NCBI GenBank assembly: GCA_043381765.1
Contig: JBHJMP010000903.1
Coordinates: forward strand, 1-33,003
Origin: Collodictyon triciliatum
Taxonomy: Eukaryota
Length of the DNA: 33,003 nucleotides
Direction of reading: 5' to 3'
How positions within the stretch are numbered: position 1 is the first letter of the stretch; each line of letters opens with the position of its first letter. Below are positions 1-12,270 of the stretch, in pieces. Below the pieces are notes generated by a model. That model was not told the origin of the DNA. It searched no databases and saw only the letters and a list, made by a program, of their open reading frames with translations. Made by a program: the position numbers and the translations under genes.

Positions 1-282
1 ATACATACAGAAATACATACATACAGAAATACATACATACAGAAATACATACATACAGAAATACATACATACAGAAATACATACATACAGAAATACATAC
101 ATACAGAAATACATACATACATACATACATACAGAAATACATACATACATACAGAAATACATAAATACATACATACATACATACATACATACATACATAC
201 ATACATACATACATACATACATACATACATACATACATACACACATACACACATACATACATACATTACATACATACACACA
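1..282. repeat. (ATAC)n microsatellite with 16-bp ATACATACATACAGAA higher-order units
   Basis: Tandem ATAC units directly visible; regularly spaced AGAA interruptions in 1-160. Confidence 0.97.
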
Positions 283-430
283 TATAAACAATTAATGCCG
301 CAAAACACAGCCAAAACAAACACCGCAAACACCTGTCAGTCACCGAATCCAACCAGTCAAACAAACCGCAGAACAACTAAAGAAAAAATGGCCAGGATAA
401 CAACGCGGGTGCTTTCAGAAACAGGCGCAG

Positions 431-3406
431 ATGTTCGGGCACTCTAGCCTCTCGCGAGACGCTGAAAGCAACAGTAGCCGCCGCCCAAACCTCGCCCTTC
501 CGCGCCCAACTCAGGGCTTTTCGTTTGCTTCGTATTCGCCGCGCCGACTGCGACTCCCGCGCCAAACACAAGGGACCATCGAAACCCGCACAGCGCCTTC
601 CTCACTGACCGAATCGGCGGATTCGCAGGCGTCCACCGACTCAGCGGGGGAAATCGCTGTGCAGCCACTAACAGAGTCTGCGTCTCAGGCTGTTCTTTCG
701 CCAGATGTAGACACACATACGTTATCCTCAATCAGCACAGAGATCGTTCCCCACGAAACGCCGCCGCCTGCCCTGCAAAACGAGTCCCATAGAGGCAGAA
801 TGGGCGCAGGACGCAAAGCACATCGACTCGCGCTTTACCGGCGTTCGCCTCGGGTCTTTGCATCTGTCCGGGAAGTGCGCGAGTGGATGCAAATCATCCA
901 GGCCCGAATCCATGACTTGAAGGAGACTTCCATCCTCTACACAGTCGGTCCGGCTACACCATCCCCTTCTGCCCCGGGCCAGTCTGATGTGTCTCCCATC
1001 CGTAAGGTTCTGATGGGATTTCGAGCAATGTCTTCCACACTCGATGTGCTTTTGCATCTCACAATCACTTTCCAGTTGCTTCTCAATGGGCACTATGATT
1101 GGTATGAATTCCTGAATCTTGTCTGTCTAGTCATTCATGTTCATGTTCCTCCTTTTTTATTGTATTTGTATTCGTATAATTTGTATTTATGTACTTGTGT
1201 ACTTGTGTATTTGTGTATTTGTGTTTTACTTTTATTTCTGGCTCAGGTTTCCAATCGCCGCAGCAATTGTTTTCTTTCGCACTTTGGTTACTGTAATTGT
1301 TTCAAAGAGTGTGGCCCGTGTTTCACCCTGGTATAGGCTTATGATAGCGTTCCAACTAAACTTCTTGTATGATGGGTATTTATCCATCAAGAGTGGCAAC
1401 CTGACACCTCTTTTTCAGGTACATTTCACTTTAACTTTTTTCATCAATATACTGAGTCTATTTTTTTTTTTGTAATGTCAATTTGGTAGACTGGTGTGTA
1501 CCTTTTTAATAATAAATCAATAAATCACTCATAACTTATATTTGTATCTTCGCAGGTCGGAAAATTCATCAAAGCCATTCTAGAATCTCTCCCCTTTTCC
1601 CTCATGGTTCTTTGCTTAGCATTTGAAGAGGTTAACAAAAGTTATTTTAATATTTTATTGATGTCTCGTCTGATTTTTCACTCATTCGGTACAAGGAATG
1701 GAAAATATCTGAAATAGACCTTTCGACTTCTACATAAACCCTCTTTATTTTGTATTTTATTTTTGAAAGGATGGAGAATCATTAAAATAGTCCATCATTG
1801 ACTATTCTATGGGAACCCCTAGTGATGAGATAACCAATTTTAACAAAATGTATAATATTTTAACTTCCTATGCTAGGGCTCATGGAAGCCTCTGTACTTG
1901 GTATCCCTGTCAATATCCATCATCTCATCAACCTTGAGTGCATGGGAAGTCTCCTGTCGGGATGCTCCTTCATACGCCAGCGGACCTAGGTTCTATATTG
2001 ACTCCTTCGAGATTCATACATATTCCAANNNNNNNNNNNNNNNNNNNNNNNNNNNNNNNNNNNNNNNNNNNNNNNNNNNNNNNNNNNNNNNNNNNNNNNN
2101 NNNNNNNNNNNNNNNNNNNNNNNNNNNNNNNNNNNNNNNNNNNNNNNNNNNNNNNNNNNNNNNNNNNNNNNNNNNNNNNNNNNNNNNNNNNNNNNNNNNN
2201 NNNNNNNNNNNNNNNNNNNNNNNNNNNNNNNNNNNNNNNNNNNNNNNNNNNNNNNNNNNNNNNNNNNNNNNNNNNNNNNNNNNNNNNNNNNNNNNNNNNN
2301 NNNNNNNNNNNNNNNNNNNNNNNNNNNNNNNNNNNNNNNNNNNNNNNNNNNNNNNNNNNNNNNNNNNNNNNNNNNNNNNNNNNNNNNNNNNNNNNNNNNN
2401 NNNNNNNNNNNNNNNNNNNNNNNNNNNNNNNNNNNNNNNNNNNNNNNNNNNNNNNNNNNNNNNNNNNNNNNNNNNNNNNNNNNNNNNNNNNNNNNNNNNN
2501 NNNNNNNNNNNNNNNNNNNNNNNNNNNNNNNNNNNNNNNNNNNNNNNNNNNNNNNNNNNNNNNNNNNNNNNNNNNNNNNNNNNNNNNNNNNNNNNGCTGT
2601 CATATTCACATCTGCCATGCTCCCAGGAAGCAACCGACCTTCGAGTGTTTGTTATATATTAAAACGCATTTTCTTTCGCTCTCTCGCTTTATCGATGATA
2701 TGATATGGAATTGAAAGTCCCATTACAAAACACGCTATGCCAAACAAGAATGTTATGCGTTTGTGATGGATTTTGTAAACAAATACTTTGAAAATGTATA
2801 AATTGGAATAGGATGTCGAATATTTCATGGTTGCAGATGCGTCTGTCTGGTCTTTTGGCCAGGCTATTATCGCATCCGACCTGGTGTCCATTGTTGTCAT
2901 TGTTTTGCTCGTATTTGGTCCAGCTGACGGTTATTTCGGTAAGGAACCTAATTGAAATGCATTTTTTTTTATAAAAAAAAAAACGTATTACACAGAACCC
3001 ATATTTGTGTGGACGTCATGTCTCCTTTATTACACCATTTTGAAAGATTTTGTTAGTCAGTTAAGTACATGCAGGCGAATCCAATAATGAAATCAAGATT
3101 GCGTTTGATATACTCTTTGCTTCTTTCGTCGCACAACACATTCTGTATGCTGTATTAACTCTCTTCAATGTTAAGGAGACGAAAAGTTTTGAAATGAGGT
3201 TGTTTAATCATATATTAATATTTCAAAAAAATAGATGTTTGTTGCTGTTTTGAGAACTATAAATTGTTTGTTGAAGCACCACCGAAAGATATATCGTAAT
3301 TTTATATTGTTTGGGATTCAGCAACCTCGGCTCAAGTTTGGGAGAGTCCCTGGACGAATCCCACGGTGAATCATCCCAGAACAAATCTCAAGGCGTCATC
3401 AGTTGA
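431..3406 (+). CDS. Multi-exon multi-pass membrane protein, XK-related (XKR/CED-8)-like; interrupted by assembly gap
   Basis: Frame-consistent GT-AG exons 431-1101, 1247-1418, 1556-1630, 1877-1989, then the gap, then hydrophobic exons from ~2838 to a tentative TGA at 3404-3406. A disordered S/P-rich N-terminus is followed by DVLLHLTITFQLLLNGHYDWF, FIKAILESLPF and LVSLSISIISSTLSAW, which resemble the XK-family D..D...Y..G..WF, ESAPQ and SL.S.AW motifs. The 3' end is uncertain. Confidence 0.5.
2029..2595. other. Assembly gap (N run)
   Basis: Run of N. Confidence 1.
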
Positions 3407-3840
3407 TATTATATCATAATAATCACACAATTATTTTCTAGCACACAAGCAAAACAAAACAAAACAAAAATTGATGAATCTTGTTTCACCGGTGTCCGAA
3501 TAAAAATAAAGACAAAAACATAATCTTTGTTGGTTATCGAGATGCGGTTTGCCGAGCAAAAAAAAAAGTGTAATATTTCTATATTCGGAAAATATACTAT
3601 TTTACATAAATTTTGTCATTTTAGCAAGAATGAATTGGGAAAAAGGACATTATGAATAACGGTATATATTTTTGTTTGATATAGAGTTATGTGAACCAAG
3701 TCCACACAGAATGTTCGATCAAGCAGCATAATTCCATTTGATCGGCGGCAGAGAATCATCCACTCGAAGTCGTGGAGTTAACCTGATCGAAGCAGCTTCC
3801 TGTCCCACTCAACCCGACTAACCAGCGCGTTTATGTCTCG

Positions 3841-4082
3841 TCTTTCTCGAATCTTTCTTTTTTCTTTTTTTCTTCTCTTCTCTTTTTCTTTTTCTTTTTC
3901 TTTTTCTTTTTTCTCTTTCTCTTTCTTTTCTTTTTCTTTTCTTCTCTTTTTTTTCTTTCTTTTTCTTTTTTCTATTTTTCTATTTTTCTTTTTTTCTTTT
4001 TTTCTTTTTTTTCTTTTTTTCTTTCTTTTTCTTTTTTCTTTTATCTGTTTTTATTCTCTTTTCATTTCTTACTTTCTCCTTC
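3841..4082. repeat. Long polypyrimidine (T/C) low-complexity tract upstream of PSMA2
   Basis: ~240 nt almost entirely T/C on the + strand. Confidence 0.95.
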
Positions 4083-4394
4083 CTCGTTGGTTGTTTTTAC
4101 CCAAAGGACTTGGCTACCAAATAACTCAAGAGGCACAAGGACTTGATCCTCCATTATTTGAATATAAACTCTCCTCCAAAGACGACGTTTCCTCTATCTC
4201 TGTTTGCCTCTCTCACTTTTCTCTTTCTAGTCCACGAATTTGCTTTTTAGAATAAAAAAAAAAATAAACAGTCAAATAAACCGAAACCCCTTCGAACTCC
4301 TTTGCAGCTCTCGAAAGACTAAAATCCAAGTAATCCTATGACGATACAGGCATGATCACAACTAACTCGAATCTCCCACGCAGACTCCAAGGCC

Positions 4395-5484
4395 ATGGGC
4401 GAAAGTGACTATTCTTTCTCACTCACAACATTCTCACCCTCCGGCAAACTCGTTCAAATCGAGTACGCACTAAATGCCGTTGCAGCCGGGGCAACTGCTC
4501 TTGGGATCAAAGGTATGTAAACCCCCCTTTTTTTTTTGCAACAAAACGAATCATAAAAAATGAAAAAAAAAATAGAGGGGTATACAAGAAAAAGTGAAAT
4601 ATGTTTTCCTTCGCAACCTCTAAATTAGAATAGTACATTTAATAAGGCTGCCTAATAATGTCAAACAACCCAACAAACTTACAAATAAATGAATAAATAA
4701 ATTAAAACAATCCAGCGCGTAACGGTGTTGTGATTGCATGTGAGAAGAAGCTTCCCTCCACTCTCGTGGATGGCTCATCTGTCCAGAAATCCTTTGCTTT
4801 CACCGACTCCATTGGAGGCGTTTATGCCGGAATGGGCCCCGACTTTCGCGTCCTTGCAAGGAACGGGGTAAAGAGTGCGCAGCAATATTATCGTACATAC
4901 CAGGACCCCATCCCGACAAAGGAGCTTGTCAAGGAGCTTGCGTCAGTGATGCAAGAGTTTACTCAATCCGGGTGCGTTTGTCTATATTATCTCGGTATCT
5001 CACGTCATGTGCCGGATTCATATACATTTACTTAATCATACTGCAGCTATTTCAGCCTGAATGATTTGTTCTCCGCTTCCTGATTGTTAATCTATAAGAT
5101 TCATTTCCTTATTTAAAGGCAAATCGAGAATGGCATTGTTGTGGTGTTTGTATAATGTCCCTTTTTATGTCCCTATTCCTCGACCGATTGAGTACTAAGA
5201 TATTCTATCGCATCTGCAGAGGTGTCCGACCGTTTGGGGTGTCCCTCCTCATCGCTGGCTATGACGACAATGGACCGCAGCTCTTCCAGGTAGCTCATTT
5301 GATGTCGCATTATCGTGCCCTTCTATTCTCTCTGTTCTCATTCATCTTATTTTTTTTTTTGGTTTGTATATAACTATATGGTTTCCCATGTAGGTCGACC
5401 CATCGGGCTCCTTCTGGGGATGGAAAGCATCAGCCATCGGAAAGGGTGCCACCAATGGAAAAACCTTCCTGGAGAAGAGGTCAA

Positions 5485-5551
<67 letters not shown>

Positions 5552-5915
5552 TCTCTCTTTTATATATATTAGATTTTTCTCTATTTCCCACCAATAACGT
5601 TCTCATTCTTTTCTGTTCGTTGTTTTTAAATCCATCGGATACCAAATAAGCTCCCTACGTCATCATTGTCCTCTCCCTTTTCTCATTCCTCTCACCACAA
5701 TCTAACCCTAATCCATATCCCACTCCAAATACCGCAGATACAACGACGACATCGAGCTGGAAGACGCCATCCACACTGCAATTTTGACTCTCAAGGAAGG
5801 CTTCGACGGGCAAATGACTGAACACAACATCGAAATCGCTATTGTCTCGGACACTCGCAAATTCACCGTTCTCACGCCGAGCGAAGTCAAAGACTACCTG
5901 GAGGAAGTCCAGTAA
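4395..5915 (+). CDS. PSMA2: 20S proteasome subunit alpha type-2, 5 coding exons, 235 aa
   Basis: Exons 4395-4512, 4716-4971, 5220-5289, 5394-5479, 5738-5915 (708 nt, all GT-AG). They give [26 protein letters not shown]...[22 protein letters not shown]...[18 protein letters not shown]...[16 protein letters not shown], diagnostic of alpha-2. Confidence 0.98.
5488..5557. repeat. (CT)n microsatellite in PSMA2 intron 4
   Basis: Direct dinucleotide repeat starting a few nt after the donor at 5480. Confidence 0.97.
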
Positions 5916-6345
5916 CTGCGCAGTCTGCCCAAGACATACTCCTTTGCACCTGCCCACCCATCGCTCCTTTCCCGCTCGTCTTACTTTCACTCTCTTTTGC
6001 TCCCATCCGCCCTCACGAAATAAACGAAAAGAAGAAAAAAAAAACAAGGAAAAAAAAAGAATGAGAAGGGAAGGGAATACCTTTGGTTTGGTTTGGTTAG
6101 TCAGCACTGATTCATGGATTCTACACACTGATGACGCTTGTGTATATACTGATTGAACTTTTATTTTTCTCATTCTATATGCTATTCTTCACTCTCTTAA
6201 AAAAAACATCCAAAAGCCAGACCAGACTTTACAATTTTTTTTTTTAATAGTGTGCTATATTTTATCTTGCTTGTTTGTGGGTGGAGACAAGACAACACCC
6301 GGGATTCCAAACAGGCGAGAGTCTCTTGTTTGCCGCAGGCCGAGG

Positions 6346-9300
6346 CTAGTAGCCTGTTTGCTGCAGCTTGTAGAGATAGACTTTCCCTGTGGCGCTTGTG
6401 CCGGGCTTGCGGCCAAACGGCGCAGACACAATTGCTGTTTTCTCATCAATCGCAACATCAAAGCCGAAGCCATCAGAGCCATCGGCTGTGGGTGATTCAT
6501 ACCGGCGCCACTCGCCCCAAACGCCAGAGTCCAGCGTGAAGATGTAAGCTCGACCTGGATACATATCAGCCCGGAAAAAAAAGGGATGAAGTGAAAAAAA
6601 AAAAAAAAGTGAAGCAGGAAAAGTGAATTATTTCCAATACGCCCAGCCGATACGCACTCAATCGCCCCAGTTTTTTCAGACATAAAAAAAAATAAACTAA
6701 AAGAAAAAAAAACCTCCACCGCAATAGCAGAATAATAACAAGAGCAATAACGTTGACAAACCTGCAATCCCACACGTGCTTTCCTCATCACATGACCTTG
6801 CTCCCACCACCATCCGGCCGCCAAGCACATCCACACTGTATCCAAAGTGCCGCCCGTCCTCCGCATTGGCAGCTCCGATTGAATATTGATACGCAAAGAG
6901 CCCGTTTACATCCATCTCGTATATGCAAATGCTGCCTGCATCTTGCCAGCCAGTGGAGTCCGAGACGGCCGAGATGAAAAGCGTCTTCCCAAGGGCAATC
7001 ACCTTCCAGCCAAACCCTCGCCGTGTGGTGTACGCAATTGTCTGCGAGAGGCCCCAGTTCCCGTCGGCATAGTGGAATACATAAACCGCTTCAAGTGCTG
7101 TATTGTCAGGGCGGTTGGAGACAACAACGCGGGTCTCGCTTTGCATAGAGACACAGAATCCAAGGTATTCATGGGCGTTTGGGTGCTGTCTTTGGACGAT
7201 TCTTGACTCTTTAACCACACGGTTTTCGACCCGAATGACATAGACTGCGCCTGAGTTTGGGTGAAGAGCTGCATCTCCAAACTTTGGAGCTCCGATGGCA
7301 GTCACGTTGTTCACGGCCCACACAGACGTGCCGAAGTTTGCATCGCCATGGAAATCAACCGACCTGAGTGTGCGATATTTTCGGAAAGCCAGGGCTTCGG
7401 CGTTCCACTTGAATATCACCACAGCCCCCATGAGGCCGCCGGTCATGGTGGACTTTGGGACGGTGACAAAGAGCAAGTCATTATGCAGATGAATGGCAGA
7501 TCCGAATCGAGCATCTTTCTTCTGGAATCGGTGGGAGAGCCTTTTGAAGAAAGTCCACACACCATCCACCAGAGTGTAGAGCATGATATAGCCGCCATCA
7601 CACGATGCCGATGGATTCAAGCAAAAAGGCACGCTGATAACTGCGTAGCCGTTCCACAATGCCACTTGGTGTCCTGATTTTCCTGATAGCCAATTAATTG
7701 GAGGGTTTAACTCTTGACTATTCAAGGAATGAAATGGACTTTTTGATATCGTCTTAGATGGGCTTCGTGTCTGCAGTATCGATTTCGAGCTCGTCTTAAA
7801 CATGGAGTTAGATTTTGACTTTGGCTTGGATTTGGATTTGGATTTGGATTTAGATTTGGATTTTGACTTGGATTTGGATTTGGATTTGGATTTGGATTTG
7901 GATTTGGATTTGGATTTGGATTTGGATTTGGATTTGGATTTGGATTTGGATTTGGATTTGGACTTTGACTTGGGTTTGGACCTGGACCTGGATTTGGACC
8001 TGGATTTGGATTTGGACTTGGATTTGGACTTGGATTTGGATTTAGATTTGGATTTAGATTTGGATTTTGACTTGGACTTGGACTTGGACTTGGATTTGGA
8101 CCTGGACTTGGATTTGGACCTGGATTTGGACCTGGATTTAAACTTGGACTTGGACTTGGATTTGGACCTGGATTTGGACTTGGATTTGGATTTGGACTTG
8201 GATTTGGACCTGGACTTGGATTTGGACCTGGACTTGGGTTTGGATTTGGACCTGGATTTGGATTTGGACCTGGATTTAGATCTTGTCTTTGAACGGCTTC
8301 GAGAACGTGAAGAGGCTATTATTCAAGAAAATGAAATGATCAGAAAATTATCATCAGGTAGCCAAAATCATAAGCATATAGTATTGCAACATACATACTC
8401 ACAAGTATTTTTTTAATACTTACACATTCCATAAGAAAATGCAAAACACGCTCCGGACGGATAATATCCAGAGTACGACCAATAATCACCAATGACCCCA
8501 AAATTCTTATATATTGCCAGGCTAAATCCGTACATGCTGGTTGCTGGATTCAAAGCATCACCGAAAATGATTTGAGAGGGTGTCGACCAACCGCTTCCGT
8601 AATTTGCAAATACAAACACCTTTCGCGAACTTCCATCACCAACGAGTAAATTTGGATAAGAGAATGCTATCGAATTGCCAAGTCGCGAGGTTGATGGAGC
8701 TGTCAACAACTGGTTAAAGCTCCATACAGAAGATGAGTAGGTAAAAATATAAACCCCATTACAGGCTGTCCAGCAACTAACAGCAACACTTACATCAGAT
8801 ATTATAGCCACATAGTTTCCAAAGGAAGAGGAGGGAGGAATGGAGGACGAAAAAAGCCGAGAAAAGCTTGTGGAAATTACATCCCCACTCCTACTGAAGA
8901 CATAAGCTGCCCCTTGGTAAGAGTTCTCTCCAATAGCGCCGACAAGAACAAGTCTGGGGCTAAGGCTTACTGCTCGTCCGAATCTAGAAACTGCCCAGCA
9001 TGATAGCGTATTGTACTGACTCCATGCGCCACTCGACAGAGTAAATGTATAGACAGCACCCATGTCATTGGAGACTGACCACGCCCCTGCCAGTAAAATG
9101 GTGCTATCCATCGCCATCGAAATACCCAACCCCAGTGCCGAGGTGATTGAAATAGCACTTTGAGAAACCCATTGGGAACTTTGGTAGGTATATGGGTAAA
9201 TGGTTGTAATCGTGGATGACTCGCCCATGGACACGATCAATCTGTCGTCTGTAACTGCAACAGTGTATCCAAAATATGCATTTGACGAAGGACTTGGAGA

Positions 9301-10887
9301 AATAACCTTTGACTTATACACCCATGAAAAGCCAGACCGGGTGTATATTCTTACAGAACCGGCATTCAGCATGGAGGCCACGGAATCTTGGTTTGCACCA
9401 ACAGCGAGTGTGTTCCCAGAGGGAGAAATGGAGACAGATATCCCATACTGTGCACTAGAGGCGAGCGACTCTGTTGTTGAAATCATGTTTGCAGTACTCC
9501 AGACACCAGACCTGTATGGGCTTCTTGAACGGGACCATGAGGTTGATTGTGGAACTATGAAAATAGATAAATTGAGTAGTATAGAAAAAGTATGTTCTAT
9601 AGTGTAGAATGAAAATAATGGCATAATGATAAATCAATAAACAAGTTCTTATCACTTAAGTTTCATTCGGTTTTTTCTAATTGATGGTATTAAATTCATT
9701 ATGAAATGCTTTACATACTTCAATAAAAAAAAAATATTCAATCATAGTTACATACCGTTTAATCGATAGGTGAAGAAAGCACCTGATGGATATGGTGTAC
9801 TCTGCATGGTATCACCGACAGACACGATATTTCCAACTATAGAAACCGAGGTCCCATACCTACCATATGTAATTGATGGTGTAATCTCTGTGGGAGTTGA
9901 AAATGCCAGCCCTGAAATTGTGTAAACATAGGCCTTGCCTGAGGCATCACCAACAATTAAAAAGGACGAAGAGGACGCAACAGATGCTCCCAAGTTACTC
10001 GACCCAGTAGCTGTGAGTTTTTGAGAGTAACCCCATGATGAACCTCCAAATGTGAATATCGCAACAAACCCACACTTATTACATCCCAAAGCAACCATGG
10101 CACTTGATACAATTGTAGTACACGTTCCTACTTTACTCCCCCAACCAAGTCCTGGAGCATTCAAACGAGTACTTAAAGTGCTGGTAGCTGTGGTTGACGT
10201 TCGAGAGTATATATATGCAGAACCCTCGTTCAAATTTTCTCCATCGGCTCCAACAAGCAATATTGATTTTGAGACTGAGACACTGGAACCGTACCCACTC
10301 GTGCTACCTGCAATACGTTGTGCATAACCCCATTGAGACACATTCCATGTGTAAAGGTACACAGCAGGCTCCCCTGTCGCTGTAACTGCGAGATAGTCAT
10401 CACTTATTGAAACACTTACACCGAAAGTACCAGACATCGATGGACCAGTGATTTTTACTTGCAATACCCAGAGCGTCCCCGATAATGTGAAGGGATAGAT
10501 GGACCCCACTCCAGATGGGTCATTAGGGGCGGCAATAACAAGCCGGCTGTCATCCATAGCGATTGCTTGTCCAAAATTCGACAAGGACGATGTTGACCCT
10601 GTTATCTTTGTCTGATAGACCCAAGTGAAGCTTTGCCTAGTATACATTAACACAGACCCAACTCCACTCACTGTGCCTCTGTTTTCAGTATGGGCACTGG
10701 CGGCCAGGTATTTCCCGTTTGGAGATTGACAAATGTTTGAGGAAAATAGTGAATTGGAAGCTACCGTGCTGGAGTCTGGCCCGAGGGCATTCTCATAGAT
10801 CCACAGCTGTCCTTGTGTCACTGAGTCGGGAAAACGGACTATCAGGCATATTGCAATGCTGATGAACAGAAGAGACCTTTGGGTCAT
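6346..10887 (-). CDS. Predicted secreted ~1341-aa protein: signal peptide + FG-GAP beta-propeller x2 + (K/R-S)n tract + third FG-GAP propeller
   Basis: Exons 10887-9756, 9554-8424, 8315-6762, 6554-6346 (4026 nt; three phase-1 GT-AG introns) join four ORF-track ORFs into one frame. N-terminal hydrophobic core LLFISIAICLIV. Many FG.SV.I....L.VGA(P)....G.VY.F repeats (e.g. FGTSVWAVNNVTAIGAP, FGRAVSLSPRLVLVGA, FGFDVAIDEKTAIVSAP). No C-terminal TM segment. Confidence 0.85.
7804..8313 (-). repeat. Coding hexanucleotide repeat (AAR/AGG-TCN)n encoding ~80 Lys/Arg-Ser dipeptides
   Basis: After the acceptor at 8316 the frame reads SSRSRSRSKTRSKSRSKSKS...KPKSKSNS into MFKTSS at 7803 (510 nt, no stop). 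Confidence 0.85.
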
Positions 10888-12270
10888 CTGTGGGCGGTTA
10901 AATATGTTGATATATTGCCAAAGCTACAAAATATGCGATTCAATTTTGCAGCAGTTTTTAATCCGTTTTTTGGTTTAAAACTAGATTGGCTTGCACAACC
11001 AGTCAGGGTAATAGGGCGAGACATACCATGCTTGGTCACACGCTCCCCTACTTAGAATCTCTTCTTTGTGGCCCAAGAGTATCCTTCTTGCTTTCGCCTT
11101 TCCCCTGAAACTGGTATGCTAACTTTGGTCGTGTTTGTCGCTGTTGTTCTTTTATTTTAAAAAAAAAATATCAGAACAAAACGTGTGAGTGAAAAAATAA
11201 AAAAAAATCGGAAAGAGAAATAGAAAGAGAAAGAACTCAGAACAAAGAAAAAGGGAGACTCGAAGTTAGAGCAAAGAAAAAAGGGTAAGTCGAAGCCACT
11301 CGAAGCGAGTTCCAAATAGATTTTATCTGGAGTAAGTAGCTTAGGCCTTTTTTTGATCTTCTTTATCGCAATTACTTCACTTTCCAAAAGTAATCTTGAG
11401 AATCCAACATCCTGTTTTTATCAACGTTTTTTTGGATGAATCTCGTGTGTTATTTTCATGTGTTTTTTTTAAAAAAAAAAAAAATTCTATAATGCAAACA
11501 AAAAAAAATATCACTCTTTATAGCAGCATCTTCTACTCGCGCCTGCTTTCCGCTATGCGCACCTCCCTCGCTCCCTCTATGCCTTTGCCCTCTTACAATT
11601 TGCATCGAATAAAGGGGTGAAAAAAAGAGTACGAACAAGCTTCTCAGTCTGAGAGAACCAGTCAAAAGACACAAAAGTGGGCTCTAGTTTCTTGTCCCGA
11701 TCATCAGAGTACACAGCAGTTTTTCTTCCTCCAACGCGACACAATCCTGTCAGTCTTGCAGACAACAATCACCATGTTCCATCACGCCGTTTTGTCATCC
11801 TGTTCTTGGACGTGAATGAAGCCAATTTTATTCGAACTTGTCTTGGTTGCGTGCTCAGGAAAACCGGTTGGCAACCAACCACAATATTCGACTTGCGTTA
11901 AGTCCGAATAAATTGAGACTGTGCGAAAATCAGAATTTCTTTTCTGATATATCTTTCCAAGCTATTATGATTACACTATTAGATGATAAAGCACATATTT
12001 GTTGCATGTACCCTTTGTTTAAAATTTAACAAAGAATTTAAAATAATATTATATTTTCCATAAATGGTATTTCTATGATGTTCCAGCAGGTTCATGCTGG
12101 CTGGGACTTCCGAATGTTGGATTTTGCAGTTTTGCTTGCATTACATGCGTTCAGTATGGACCATTAGAGTCATCACATTTAGAATCGAGACTTCCCCACC
12201 GATTAGATTAGGAGTTGAATGAAGCTCAAAATAAATATATTTGCTACGTAAAATATCACAGGGTGGGATA

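Noticed and set aside
1898-2714. Long ORFs spanning N-gaps (also 13009-14303)
   Set aside because: Artefacts of N translation; only the flanking exon pieces are real.
5700-5715. TCTAACCCTAATCC telomere-like hexamers
   Set aside because: Only about two degenerate units at the branch-point position of PSMA2 intron 4; better explained as branch sequence.
7802-8416. 204-aa (Leu-Asp)n ORF on the + strand and (Trp-Ile)n ORF
   Set aside because: Antisense or alternative-frame shadows of the (KS)n exon; only the minus frame joins flanking domains through splice sites.
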